Assembly: GCA_009602735.1 (NCBI GenBank)
Contig: WELA01003597.1
Coordinates: 186,001-230,646 of the forward strand
Direction of reading: 5' to 3'
DNA length: 44,646 nt
Origin: Mesotaenium endlicherianum
Taxonomy: Eukaryota
Part shown: positions 1 to 12,094 of the stretch, one piece after another
How the letters are laid out: every line of letters starts with the position of its first letter
Position numbering within the stretch: the stretch's first letter is position 1
Notes under the pieces: model-generated
Databases searched by the model: none
What the model saw: only the letters and a program-made list of their open reading frames with translations
Told to the model about the DNA's origin: nothing
Program-made: the position numbers and the translations under genes

Positions 1-84
1 TGCTGGCTGGCACAGACAGGAGTATGGCTCACGCCTTGGACTGCTGCATTGTGATTGTCGTCTGGATGCTGCTGTTCATTGCAG

Positions 85-3000
85 GAGAATTACTTGAATT
101 ACCGCCCAATCGGAGTGGACCCAGAGAGCGCGGAGGGGCTGGAGAGAATGTCGCGTGCCGCCGACTCCATTTCAGACGGCGACCGCGTCAACGTGCAGGT
201 CTTTTGACTGGCCTACCTTACCTCGCTACTTCCTTACCCAGCGCCATTGATTTTCCCACCATTTTGTGCACGCTTTCGTTTTCCCTTGCTGGATTACTTG
301 GTTGAGCTATAGGGTAGCTGCCTCTCCTCTCTTAATGACTGTCCTTCTGGCATCATATGCTGACCAACTAAGGGCGGCTGGAGGTTGGACACATTGGGTT
401 CTGGAAGTCCACCTTCCCTGCACAAGTTTAAGGCTAGAGTGGGCATAGGTATAGCAACGAACTGACACGGGACATACGGTGTACTGGTCCTCAAAACCAT
501 CGCGAGCAGGTGCGAAGGTACCAGCAGTGGCAGCATCTCCCATTCTCGACCTTTATGTCCTGTCTTCTTCCGTAAGTTCTCTTCCCCGCAGTCAGACAAG
601 GTGTGCTTGTTCTATTCACTTGCTTAGGGCAAGCAGCAGCACAGGCAGCATCCCTAAGTTTGGCCTGTACTTACTGCCAGTCAAGGCCTCCTGTAGAGTG
701 CTTGTGTTTTCAAGTTGGAGCTGTGTGCCAGGGTTTGAATGTGCAATACATAGCTAGCTGCCATGATATAGGCTTCAAGGATAGCTGCTGCTAGCAGCTC
801 GTCACTTAGGGTGTAAACCCATAAATGGCGCCCTGGGTGTGTGCGTGGGAATGAGAGTGCAGGGGCATTTGCGTGCACGGGTCGCGCACTGTTCTGGCTC
901 CGGTACGCTGCACCGCACGGTCTCTTTTTTATTCTGTTTCATGGCACCCGTTCTTTGCCTCTGTCCTGTGTGAACGGTCTTGGCTAATCGCGTCTTTTTT
1001 GTTGTAGTCCCCTCCTTGTGGTCATTTTGATCATGGACGCTGATCGCAAATGCGTGTGTGCGCCACAATGCAGGGCGAGATGAATTTCAACCGGTTCCCA
1101 GGATGGCTGGGCAAGAACTCCACAACGGGCAAGAACAGGCGCCTGCTGGATGAGCTCCACTCGCACATCCTCGCCTCCCGTGTCTGTGAGCCCACCAGGT
1201 GAGATTGCACAACATTTTCAGCAGAGCCAGCTGTTGTCAGATCTATGCAGGTACATGTGCCCATACTCACATATTTCACTTGAAGATTTATTTATTGCAG
1301 GTATTACAATCATATATTCTTGAAACCAACCAGGATTTGAAATACAAAGCTGGCCCATAAGATGATGAGGCGGTATTGACTGCCTGTTGCCATAGATGAG
1401 GCCTGGGAGACTGCAAATCCGAAGCCATCAACCCTGGTAGCAATAGCATCCAATGCTGCTGTCAACAGACGGGCTTCTGATCACATGCATGTATCCAACA
1501 GTAAGACCTTGGGTCACAGCGTGCACGTCGAACGTCGAGTGTGTTGCCCCGTAACGCTGAAATTCACACTCATCCCATGGGTGGTGGTTGGTGGGTGCAG
1601 GCTGGGGGTGCGCTTGGACTACCTGCCTCTGCTCAAGGACAGCATCACAGGGCCCCTCAAAACAATGAGCAAGGTGGAGACCACGGGGCTTATACAACTA
1701 CTTCTCCCTGCCCTGCCCTTTTGATTTCCATCTTGTGGCTCCGCTTGCAGCATTGCGATTGGGCACTTATCATATGAATTAATCTGCTCCATCCACCTCC
1801 TGGGTGCCTCAAGTATGGGAGAGGCACTTCTAACGGTCGCCCAAAAATTCGCTGGCATGTGAGCGGGGTGCAGGAGGAGGGAGTGGGGGCAGTACTGCAG
1901 CTGCTGGAGGAGTATTCCATCACTCTCGAGGACTACGACACTATCCTTGAGCTGTCCCGCCTAAAGGTGCACATGCGTGTGCAACCTGTGCTGCCCCCAC
2001 GTGCATCTTTAGCCATCAGTTTTATCAACAAGCTCTAGCCTCAGTACAGCAACAGGTCTCAGGATGTCTGCGCTGGCACATTCTTGGTTAATTTGCAGTG
2101 AATGCTAAGTGCTATGCGCCTCGCAGAGGCTGTGATGTACTCTAGCCACAATCATTTTCTGCTGGTGGCCACGTGAATTTATTGAAGAGTTAGCATGAGA
2201 AGGAAAACTAAGGACTGCAAGGCTAGCTGTTGATTGCAATGAAGAGCAGGGCATGCCAGACACAACCAAAGACATACCGGCAGCGGTCAAGTCGCAATTG
2301 ACGCGAGAATTCAAGAAGCGCAGCCACAAGGTGAAGTCAGCGGACCTGCTGCCCGCTTTCACGGCGCCAGGGCAGAAGAAGGGGCCTGCTACGCGCCGCA
2401 GGGGCCGTGCCAAAGGACTCGAGATTGTTCCTGGTGATGCCGGGATGGATGCCGATGTGCCTGTTGCCGTCGAAGGTATGGATGTGCAATGTGTATCTTA
2501 CCTCTGTTTTTGCCTACCTCCGTGCAAGTTTGTGCCACCGACCTTGTCGGCTGATATTAAGAAATATGCAATGATAACTTTTGCGTGCCCGTGGTCTGTC
2601 TTGCTGCAGACGATGGAGCGGCTGAGCTAGAGGAAGAGGGAGAAGAGGATGAAGAGGATGCATCCAACGGTGATGCTGACGGTGGTGCGCTTTCATGTTG
2701 CCTAATTCCAAGCTTCCCCTTGGCTCCTTCCACGTGATGTAGCATGGAAAGCTCTTGCTGACAGCAGCTTCATCTTTCGTCACCTATCTGCAAGTGGGAT
2801 CCAGCCATGATCATATTCCTTTAGCATGTTCGCGTTCAACGTGAAAGGTTGCAGGATAGAGGACATGTACAAACTAGCTGTTTCCTGGGGGTCGGTGGGC
2901 TGCAGATGCAGCAGCAGCTGCAAGGCTCCTGACGACGTCCAGTACAGTGGAGACAAGTGGAGGCGCTGCTCGAGGTACTGTAGCCTTCCTCTCCAATCTT

Positions 3001-3722
3001 CTTCATCATTCTCTGTTGTGGGTCTTGCTTCAGGGTTCACTATCAGCGCCAGCAGCTTAATGGACACATCATCGTGTATTTTGAAATTAATTTGCTTACT
3101 GATGGGTTGATCTTAGACAAAGCGCCAAGTGTCTTACCAGAAGAAATTCCACAATGCTTTGGAGTTGCCTAGCTAGTCATTGGTGCCTCAGGCAACATAG
3201 CTGATGGATAGGAGCGTGGGTGGGGGCAGCTGCCGAGCATGTTGTGGTGATTCTCCCAGAATCGAGTGCGGGACAGCAAGACAACGCATATGCATCCCTC
3301 GCAGAGGAAGCCCACGGGTCGTCAACGTCGTCTTGCTGCTGCTTAGGTCCTTGTGAATCTCCAGCCCGGTGCGGTCGAGCTTGTTGGCAGCGATCGCGGC
3401 AGGTCTTCTGGGGGGCAGTTGGGGTTGTGTCCACAGGAGTTTCCCTCTTTATCGCACTTTGCACACAGCTTTTTGCACTCCTCGTGGCTGCTATGGGCGC
3501 TATTGTGTGGGCACTCTGCTGCTGCGGCCGTGGAGTGCCTTGGAGGGGCTCACAGGTGCGTGCGCTACTAACTCTGGAAGAGCCAAGTCCGCAGGTCGGG
3601 GTCGCAGTGCCAATCGCGCGGCCGGCTCCGGAAGTGGCCGAGCTGTGAAGAGGGACGCCTCTGCTGCTGAGGGCAAGGCCGGCAGGGGTGCAGGCACAGC
3701 CGCAAAGCGTAGCAAAAAGTAG
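85..3722 (+). CDS. RFC1: Replication factor C subunit 1, 3' portion (multi-exon; 5' exons lie upstream of the window)
   Basis: Phase-consistent GT-AG exons 85-198 (ENYLNYRP..MSRAADSISDGDRVNVQ), 510-571 (VRRYQQWQHLPFS..LLP), 863-903 (GICVHGSRTVLAP), 1074-1198 (GEMNFNRFPGWLGKNSTTGKNRRLLDELHSH), 1601-1673 (LGVRLDYLPLL), 1874-1966 (..EYSITLEDYDTILELSRLK), 2250-2475 (IPAAVKSQLTREFKK), 2610-2684 (acidic), 2906-2974, and 3595-3722 (G/R/K-rich tail, TAG; TACTAAC branch point at 3566). These match recalled plant RFC1 C-terminal motifs (QENY, AADSISDGD, F.GWLGKNS, RxDYLP, VKxxLT). The last three exons are less certain. Confidence 0.93.
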
Positions 3723-4115
3723 AAAATAGAATTTACACTGAGCTGGTATATGATGTAGCTGAATTGACGATTAAGACAATTGAGTGGGGCATGTGCCACC
3801 TCGAGACGCCAACTGCAATGTTATCAAATGCCTTCGCACTCTGGCCTGTCACAGATCCAGTTTTTAACTGAATAGTTGCTTTGCCTTCTATCTCTATGTC
3901 ATACTTTCAGCAATAGTAGCCCCAACCTTTTTTGGTGCCTATAATCTGCAGCTGGAATCTGTCTGGATTAGTGGAGTCAAGGATGACGCGCCTGCAATTG
4001 GCAGCCATGGGCGCTGACCTCTCTTGTAACTGCACTGCTGCTATACATAAGCTACATTCACGCTACCTGCTAATTGAAACTGTAACTTCAATACATATAT
4101 CTTAAACTAGAAGCT

Positions 4116-5773
4116 TTATGGTTGCTGTTGTGATAGGAGTACAAGAAGGCCTTGTGAGCCCAACAAAATCTCGTTAATAAAGCTCATGATGGCTACCCAT
4201 ATGACAGGGGCAACATCAACACCTCCTACGGGGGGTATGAGGCGCCTTGTGGGACCCAGTACAGGCTCTGTGGGCCTGTAAGCAATCACATATGGCAGCT
4301 TGTTGACAGGCAGCTGCACATAGCAGACACCAGCACATGATTTCAGCATTCAAGCAGTGTAGTAGCTGGATTTTCAGCTCAATGAGGCAAAGTTACAATG
4401 TGGAGGGAGTGTAGCACGCGGGATGATACAAAACATATTCTTATCTCAGCACCCTCACAGCATCATGCGGGCACACTTGGTCTAAAACTGGAGAATCTCA
4501 AACTTAGAAACCCTAAAAAGCCTCCTCCACTGAGACTTGTAACACATCCATACAAACGCTGGCGGATATCAAGCATGACCTTTCAAAAATGATTTCTTCA
4601 AAAGTATACATACTCTGGTGATACTTGCAACAGTGGGGGGGCCTGGTGCAAGTCTGCGTATTTCCTAAACCAGTCACAAAATTTCTCCTCTCTAATGTTC
4701 TCTGTTTGATCATCTATTTGTTGATTTAAGCAGCAGCCTCACCAGACTCATATTCATGGTTTGAAAAGTTGTGATGCAGGTGAGCAGACTATCCCAGGAA
4801 AATACTGATGTCAACTCTTAATACCTCGACTCTTCCAAACAAAAGGGTTCAAGCATACCACATCCTACTACCAGCTATTATGGATTTAAAGGTAAAACAG
4901 AGAAAAGTATAGTTGAGCCGCAACCGTTTCACCCTTCCATTGCCCAACCCCTTTACATAGTATCTCCAATGCCTGCCATTGATTGTTGCCCCTCATCACT
5001 TTGACTTCATCACTTTGCTCTAATGCCCCTTTCAGTGCATTAAGACTTCGGAGTACATTTAAGCGTAAACGCTTGGTCCTCACTAACAAGTGCAGCAGCA
5101 AATGGCATGTGTCAGAATGCCCCCCCAATACATCTAGAAAGAATAAGTGGTGTGCATAAGAGAATAATAATTGCCAGTGGTAAGAAGGGGTTGAGTCTGT
5201 AAGACTTGCCTGGGGGTACCATGACATGACAATGCGGATAATGAAGAGAAAGTTCAGTCCAGCAAAGAAGGGGCCTAATATGGCTGATATCAACTTGGCA
5301 CTCGCTGGGTCCAAGTCTGCAAGCTCAAAAAGGGGGCTGGCAGTCGCCAGTTGCGTGAAGCTTGCCACATCCATCAAGTTGCTAGATCCAGCTGCCTGTG
5401 CTGCTAAGGGGATCAGAGAGGAAGCAACCATGAGGGGCAGCGTCAGCAGAGCTGCATTTTTGCCAACCTGAGCAGCCCTTTCGGAGCTATTGGCACTTTC
5501 TAATAGGTATCTTTGAATACCTTCATCTTTACCACTACATCTTTTCACTGCCTCTGAGTTATTCCTAGCGCGAGGAACTTGTGCAGCTAGATCACTATCT
5601 TTTGCATGATAATGTGAAGCTACAGGACCTTCTCTGCCCTTCGAAAACTTTATGAAACTACGCGTTCTGGTTGGGTACATTTTTAGCACCATAAAATTTC
5701 TTCCAGCTTGAATTTGACTAGAAAGCTTCAAACAACTGACAGGAGTGACGACGTGAACACAAAGAGATGCCAT
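4116..5773 (-). CDS. CCB3: CCB3 / YLMG3 YGGT-family chloroplast protein (cytochrome b6 heme ci assembly factor)
   Basis: Exon 1 5773-5210: transit-peptide-like N-terminus, then ILGPFFAGLNFLFIIRIVMSWYPQ. GC-AG intron 5209-4314. Exon 2 4313-4116: LPVNKLPYVIAYRPTEPVLGPTRRLIPPVGGVDVAPVIWVAIMSFINEILLGSQGLLVLLSQQQP*. YGGT signature (RIVMSWYP..PTEP..TR..IPP.GGVD..P) with the CCB3-type ending EILxGxQGLLVL. Confidence 0.93.
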
Positions 5774-8700
5774 TGCTTCGTGCACGATGCTGTAGGCTTT
5801 ATTATTTCACCACAAAAGCTCGAAAAGGACACCTCCTGTGGCCCTTTATGGCGACTACCCCACTTACGAAAGTAGAAGTCGACAAATAAGTTACAAAAGA
5901 TGATTATACTTCCTTCATGAGCTGTTCAGTGAAGTATTCTCTCGGCAGAGGCGATAGTGGAGTGTTTCACTGCAGTGTTTCACCAGAGTGTTTCATGGGC
6001 ACTGGTTACGTTCACGTCGCTTCTGCCGTGCTGGACAGTCCGCTTAGCTGGTCGACGTCGCGTCCCTCGTAACGTAGTATGAATGTCGTGCACGTCGTGC
6101 TGGACGTCGGAGCTGTCACGTTGTATCCCATATTTTTCAATCAGCACTTGCACTATAGCTTGGGGACCATGCATGCATGCGGGAAAACTCGAGCCGGAGT
6201 CCGGATGAAAGCATCCGAAAAATTCGTCTCTGATCGTCATCCACCACATTGCCCAGTGTCTCAGTGGCTCTTCCTTTTACTGTCTAGCTGTTGACATGCA
6301 AGGTCTCCTGTCCTTGTGACACAAATGTGGAGCACCCGTGGTAGCGCGCGAGCGGACTTGGGTGGACATTTTCCCTGGTACAGGGCTGAAACAGTAAAAC
6401 TTAGTGGGCAAGGTTTACCATCCTTAGCTTATAGCAAGCAGGAGCAGCACTCTGATCACGAACTGTACTGAGTGTAGCTAAGTAGTGTGGTACATCATAG
6501 TTGTGAAGCGGGCTCAAGTTGTTACGTCTAGAACTGGATGAAACCCAGAATGGGGGGTATGCTGGCGAAAGATATCATACAGCTGAGAAGCTTCAAAATC
6601 ATGCTGCCTTATTCTAGCGTCAGAAGCCTGTGACGTCAGCACCACCGTCTGACGATGCGGGTATGAAAGGGTGAGAATAGAGGAAGGGAGGGCGAGAGGG
6701 AGAGAGAGGGGGAGGGAGGGACGGATTGCCACCTCCCACCNNNNNNNNNNNNNNNNNNNNNNNNNNNNNNNNNNNNNNNNNNNNNNNNNNNNNNNNNNNN
6801 NNNNNNNNNNNNNNNNNNNNNNNNNNNNNNNNNNNNNNNNNNNNNNNNNNNNNNNNNNNNNNNNNNNNNNNNNNNNNNNNNNNNNNNNNNNNNNNNNNNN
6901 NNNNNNNNNNNNNNNNNNNNNNNNNNNNNNNNNNNNNNNNNNNNNNNNNNNNNNNNNNNNNNNNNNNNNNNNNNNNNNNNNNNNNNNNNNNNNNNNNNNN
7001 NNNNNNNNNNNNNNNNNNNNNNNNNNNNNNNNNNNNNNNNNNNNNNNNNNNNNNNNNNNNNNNNNNNNNNNNNNNNNNNNNNNNNNNNNNNNNNNNNNNN
7101 NNNNNNNNNNNNNNNNNNNNNNNNNNNNNNNNNNNNNNNNNNNNNNNNNNNNNNNNNNNNNNNNNNNNNNNNNNNNNNNNNNNNNNNNNNNNNNNNNNNN
7201 NNNNNNNNNNNNNNNNNNNNNNNNNNNNNNNNNNNNNNNNNNNNNNNNNNNNNNNNNNNNNNNNNNNNNNNNNNNNNNNNNNNNNNNNNNNNNNNNNNNN
7301 NNNNNNNNNNNNNNNNNNNNNNNNNNNNNNNNNNNNNNNNNNNNNNNNNNNNNNNNNNNNNNNNNNGGGGGGGAGGGGGCGGGAGGCTGGTGGGACACCT
7401 CTTTGCTATATTCTTTATGGATGAGCGCGCCTCTGCATTCTATCTGCGTTATGAGGAAGAAGCCCTTCAGCTGCAGTACCACAACATACTGCAGAATGTC
7501 GAGCAGGGCAAAAGTTAGAGGGCATGTTGTCAGACAACACTCGCTTGGTGTCTTGAGAAGCGCTAGATGTTGTCAACTTGGCTTCGAGTTGTGCAAATAG
7601 GTATTTAATGGCGCAATGAAAGCAAGCTTAATTGTCAGCGAGGCATTAGGATACCGAGATGTGGATGATCGTGCAGCTTTGGGTGCCCTGGAACCTCGCC
7701 CTGCTTGTAGCCCCGTCTAGCCCGGCAAAGACATCCGCGTGACATTGCCCTCCACTGCCTGCTGTCCATATTACGCAACCAGTCTCATATCAATCTTCTG
7801 GAATAGTCGTCACCCTAGAACTTCCTTCCGATCCTTCCCCTGTTGGGTGACCTGTCCTCCCCCTGGTTCTCAGAGCAGACCAGTCCACCTTGTCGATGCC
7901 GCAACTACAATGCACCTTTCGATGCTTGGGCATGCCTAATGCCGCCATGTCTTGAAGCCTTTAGCCTGGACTTACTACTCTGCGGAAGGAGCTTACCTCT
8001 GTACATATAGCTGTCACTTGTGAAGAGACTTCCAATACAATATACATACTCATACGGAGACACACTCATGCATGACTTGGATGCTGCTTATTTGTCAGTA
8101 CGTCCATAGGCAATGCATTGCTCAGATAATGTGAGGAGAGGGGCTTATTGGCATGAAGCAGCAGACCTGTAGTGACAGCGCAATGCTTCTGGTTATTCTC
8201 GTCTGTCTCCTCCCCCTTTTTCCCAGCCGCCCCTTCCCTAGGGGGGCATGTGACTGATGCTGACCTTGCTTGGGCTGAACGAGTGCAGTTTGTCGATGTC
8301 AGCTTTGGCAGCAGCTCACAAGACCTCTCTCTGCCAATTTCTTTGCTGTTCAAGCTAGTCTGGCCTTCTGCCCAAGCTGTGTCGCGTTCTCTCTGTAGGC
8401 GGGAAGGATTTGTCAGCGGTAGGGTTGTTTCATTCTGCCCCTCCTACCGACTGGGCCACCCTTGCTTGAGGACCTCTGTCGTTGAGTGAAAGAGCAGTGA
8501 GGTTAGACAGACACAGCGTGCAAAGAAAAGTGCAGCCTCAGGAGGTAGGTCAGCGGGTTTGGGGCTGTTGTGCTGGCGTTCCTACTGAATGACCCAATAG
8601 GGCCTTATTAGGTTACTTCAGATCCCATCATATGTTTCCCGTTTGTGAGGTTGTGAACTTTGTTTTAGCTACTAGGTATGTCAGGGTGCACCTATTAATG

Positions 8701-9781
8701 AGCTCTTGCGGAACGACAAGGATTGCACCGTTCTTTCTCCTGCAGTTAGCTTCCAGTGGTTGCAGCTCTTTCTTGCTCTTGAGGCCCTTACAGCCCGCGC
8801 TTATTGTTGGGAGGGCACACGGAGTTTTTGAGGTATTTCAGTATCGGTGTTCTATATGCTGTCTGAGGTGCTTTGGGAGTAATTGTAGAGGCAGCATGAT
8901 CCAGGCAGCCAGTAAGCATTAAGTACAGGTAGTTTTACATATCACCAGTGATTGAAGGAGCTTTACAGTAGATAAAAGTATGGATTCTTGTTGCAGGTGT
9001 GAAGCTTAGAGTTTTCATTATGCTATATTCTCAGTCAATTCCTTGTTGCACTGGTGATTTGCTTATGACTGAAATATTATCACATCTTACTTCGATGTGT
9101 TGTGATAGACCCCCGGGGATTTGAAATATGTGGGTTGCATATTGTCAGTATTACATAAAATTGATACAAATTGTTGTTACTTCTTTGGATGGTAACTATG
9201 TGGATGTATGGAGATTACTTGCTGTGAAGATCAACAGGTTGAGTCATATTTGCAGTCTTAAACGTCTAATGGTGAAGAGTATTATCGCGTCTGCTTCAAA
9301 GCTGGGTTTTTTCCAATGTATATATAAACGGACAGCTTTTGGAAATGGGCTCTCATAGGGTGAAGTCAATAGACTGACATGTAGCAGCGAAACGAAAGAA
9401 GACGAAAGTAGTATGACACAAGCGCATGGATGTAACCATGAAGGACTTCTCAAATGTAGAACAAGCATTGTGACGCATGATGTGCATCTTTGACTACATA
9501 ATGACAATATTATGCTGCATATGTGCAGCAACCAGTCAAATGATTTGAAGAGGTTGAGAGATTTTTGTCAGTTACTAGCTCAGCTCAGTCGTTAAGTAGC
9601 ACCCTGTATGATTGTAATAAAATGCTGAAAGTATGCACAATTCATGTGAGCACCACCAGCAAATCAAAAATTTACTGTATGACTTCCAGAAAACAATAAG
9701 CTAGGCACGCACAGTTATAACACGCAGTCAGCGCTATTTCCAGAAACCTGGAGCAGATGCAGAGAGTATCTGGCTGTGCCA

Positions 9782-9855
9782 TATCACCCCTGGGATTCGA
9801 ACCCAGACACACCCCGGCGAACGTCAGGGCAGCACTGCCATCGTGCAAAGGGGAT
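9782..9855 (-). pseudogene. Degenerate tRNA-like element (tRNA pseudogene or tRNA-derived SINE head)
   Basis: The minus strand reads ATCCCCT-TT-GCAC GATGGCA GTGC-T-GCCCTG ACGTTCGC CGGGGT-GTGT-CTGGG TTCGAAT CCCAG-GGGTGAT-A (74 nt). The T-arm/B-box is perfect, the D-stem has 4 bp and the acceptor stem pairs at 6 of 7 positions. The anticodon arm is abnormal (8-nt loop). Confidence 0.6.
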
Positions 9856-11467
9856 GATGTGTCGTGCAGGCGGTTCCTTCGTGCATCGCATGCAGCTTAC
9901 ACAAACAAGCCTTCCAACGCCAGAGTCGCAGTCAACAGCGTGCAGTGGGGATGGGTAGAGAGAGGCGTGATGCTGGCAAAGAACATATACCTGTCTCGAC
10001 AGGATGGAGTACGTGGGCGGAGGCGAGGGCTCGGTGTTGGAGGAGCCCGCTGTGGATGGGCCCGTCATGGGCCTGTGAGCTGAAGAGATCAAGGATCACA
10101 AGCGACAAGCTAATAGCAATCTCGTCACTATCTAAGCCGAAGCAAGGGGCCTAGATCAAATTTGAACCAATCGGCGAAAGAGAGCGCGGGGGGGTTCCTG
10201 AGTCAACGGGACCGAGGGACTGTCAGTCAGACCCACCAGTGAGTGCTGCCCCACATATGCTGCATCGTGCACCTGCCTGTAGAGCAATCAAAGGAGACAC
10301 ACACAAATTGCTGCCTCTCTCTGAGTCAGCAGCACCTTCAAGCTGTGAAGCTCCCCCCTCCCCATCCTCCCTCCCCTCGCCTTCGGGATGTGCTGCAGTC
10401 ACAGCCTGGAGGGAGGGAGGGAGGGAGGAAGGGAGAGCAGAACATTGACAGCACTCAAGCCGCCTAGAGTTTGACAAGCGCGAGCCAAACGCCGACCACC
10501 ACAACACTCAGCACGTCAGCACATCAGCACATGTCAGTCAGAAGGTCAGCAGTCACGCCCCTTCCAATCTGGGCCTCTCCCCCCAGCCCCACATGTCCAG
10601 CCCAACCCTCTGCATCGCTGCCCCAGCTAACCCCTCCAAAACAACCATCCCCATTCCTAAATCACACCTACCCTTCCTTCCCCTCTTCCGCTCTTCCCCC
10701 CTCTCCTCATCCCCTCTCCCCCNNNNNNNNNNNNNNNNNNNNNNNNNNNNNNNNNNNNNNNNNNNNNNNNNNNNNNNNNNNNNNNNNNNNNNNNNNNNNN
10801 NNNNNNNNNNNNNNNNNNNNNNNNNNNNNNNNNNNNNNNNNNNNNNNNNNNNNNNNNNNNNNNNNNNNNNNNNNNNNNNNNNNNNNNNNNNNNNNNNNNN
10901 NNNNNNNNNNNNNNNNNNNNNNNNNNNNNNNNNNNNNNNNNNNNNNNNNNNNNNNNNNNNNNNNNNNNNNNNNNNNNNNNNNNNNNNNNNNNNNNNNNNN
11001 NNNNNNNNNNNNNNNNNNNNNNNNNNNNNNNNNNNNNNNNNNNNNNNNNNNNNNNNNNNNNNNNNNNNNNNNNNNNNNNNNNNNNNNNNNNNNNNNNNNN
11101 NNNNNNNNNNNNNNNNNNNNNNNNNNNNNNNNNNNNNNNNCCTCTATCCCGCCACCCCTCCACCCTCCTCCTCCTGTTCCCTTCCTCCCCTGCCTCCTCC
11201 TCGTTCTCCTCCTTCCCTCCCTTCTCTGCTCCCTCCTACTCCCTCCTCTCCTATAGCTGCGCCTGCTGAGAGAGAGGAAGCCGCCTTCTGCACAGCCCCC
11301 CTCTGCGACGGCACCTGGGTCTGCAAGAATTACTTAGAACAAAAATTTGTGTCGCACCTTTAGCATGCTTGATGCAAGCACATGCAGGCGACTGTCCAAC
11401 GGACAGGAAACAAACAAACAAAACACAGATAAAAAAGCGACCACACTGATTGTGTGTGGCGGGGGGG

Positions 11468-11509
11468 ATATAAGAAGGGGCGGGGCGCTGCCACCTGCCA
11501 CGTGGCAGC
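11468..11509 (+). promoter_or_regulatory. TATA box followed by a G-box palindrome (copy 1)
   Basis: GGGGGGA-TATAAGAA-GGGGCGGGG followed by the perfect 14-bp palindrome CTGCCACGTGGCAG (G-box/ABRE core CACGTG). Identical in copy 2. Promoter activity is inferred only. Confidence 0.4.
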
Positions 11510-12094
11510 AGCCCCAACCCTTGCGCAGAGGCGAGGCACGCCGGCCGGCAGCGAAGCCAACAGGCGGGCCACGCCTGCGCAAGGGCGGGTTTGGGTGCCA
11601 CCTGCCCGTGCATACGAGTGCCACGGACAGGTGGCGCGACGGATGAGCTTTCACTTAAATGCGCGGGTCCGGGACCTGCGGGAAGAGACATGGCGGCACC
11701 ACGAGAAGCAGTCCCAGAAGATCCCTCTGATCACCCTGCCCCTCAGACTAGCCTCCTCCCGGGCCGCGCATGACTAGCCCACCCGCCCCCAGGGGGTGGG
11801 GATCGCTGAGGAGCTCTCCTCCTCCTCCTCCTCCTCCTCCTCCTCGGCCCGCTGCTGCTATTGTACCACCCGCACCATCACCAGCACCAAGCACGAAGCA
11901 CAATAACGACCACCAAGGCAACAACAACAAGGAGAGAGTGGTGGAGTCAGTATCCTCTCTATCGCCCACTCATTCCAGCAACAGAAAGAACAGCCCAGGC
12001 CCAGAGGCCCGGCCCTGCCCTGAGCTCTGCTCGCAGGCTCCTGGATGGACCCTGCAAGGGGAGGAGCTCAGGCCCAGGGCTTGGCCCAGGGGCA

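Noticed and set aside
6514..7600. Long ORFs crossing N runs (also near 10.7-11.1, 26.8-27.2 and 37.2-37.9 kb)
   Set aside because: They are open only because of assembly gaps. The gaps are flanked by G/C homopolymer-rich sequence typical of short-read dropout.
7390..8500. Coding-looking fragments (e.g. MDERASAFYLRYEEEALQLQYHNILQN) as a transposon relic
   Set aside because: They are short, interrupted by stops and have no recognisable domain motif, so I cannot support a call without BLASTX.
11640..11660. Hammerhead ribozyme core suggested by CGGATGAG
   Set aside because: It is not CUGANGA and has no correctly placed stem II plus GAAA.
11430..11810. Telomerase RNA, 7SL or snRNA gene behind the TATA box
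   Set aside because: There is no telomere template, SRP or Sm-site motif, no convincing USE (RTCCCACATCG) and no oligo-T terminator.
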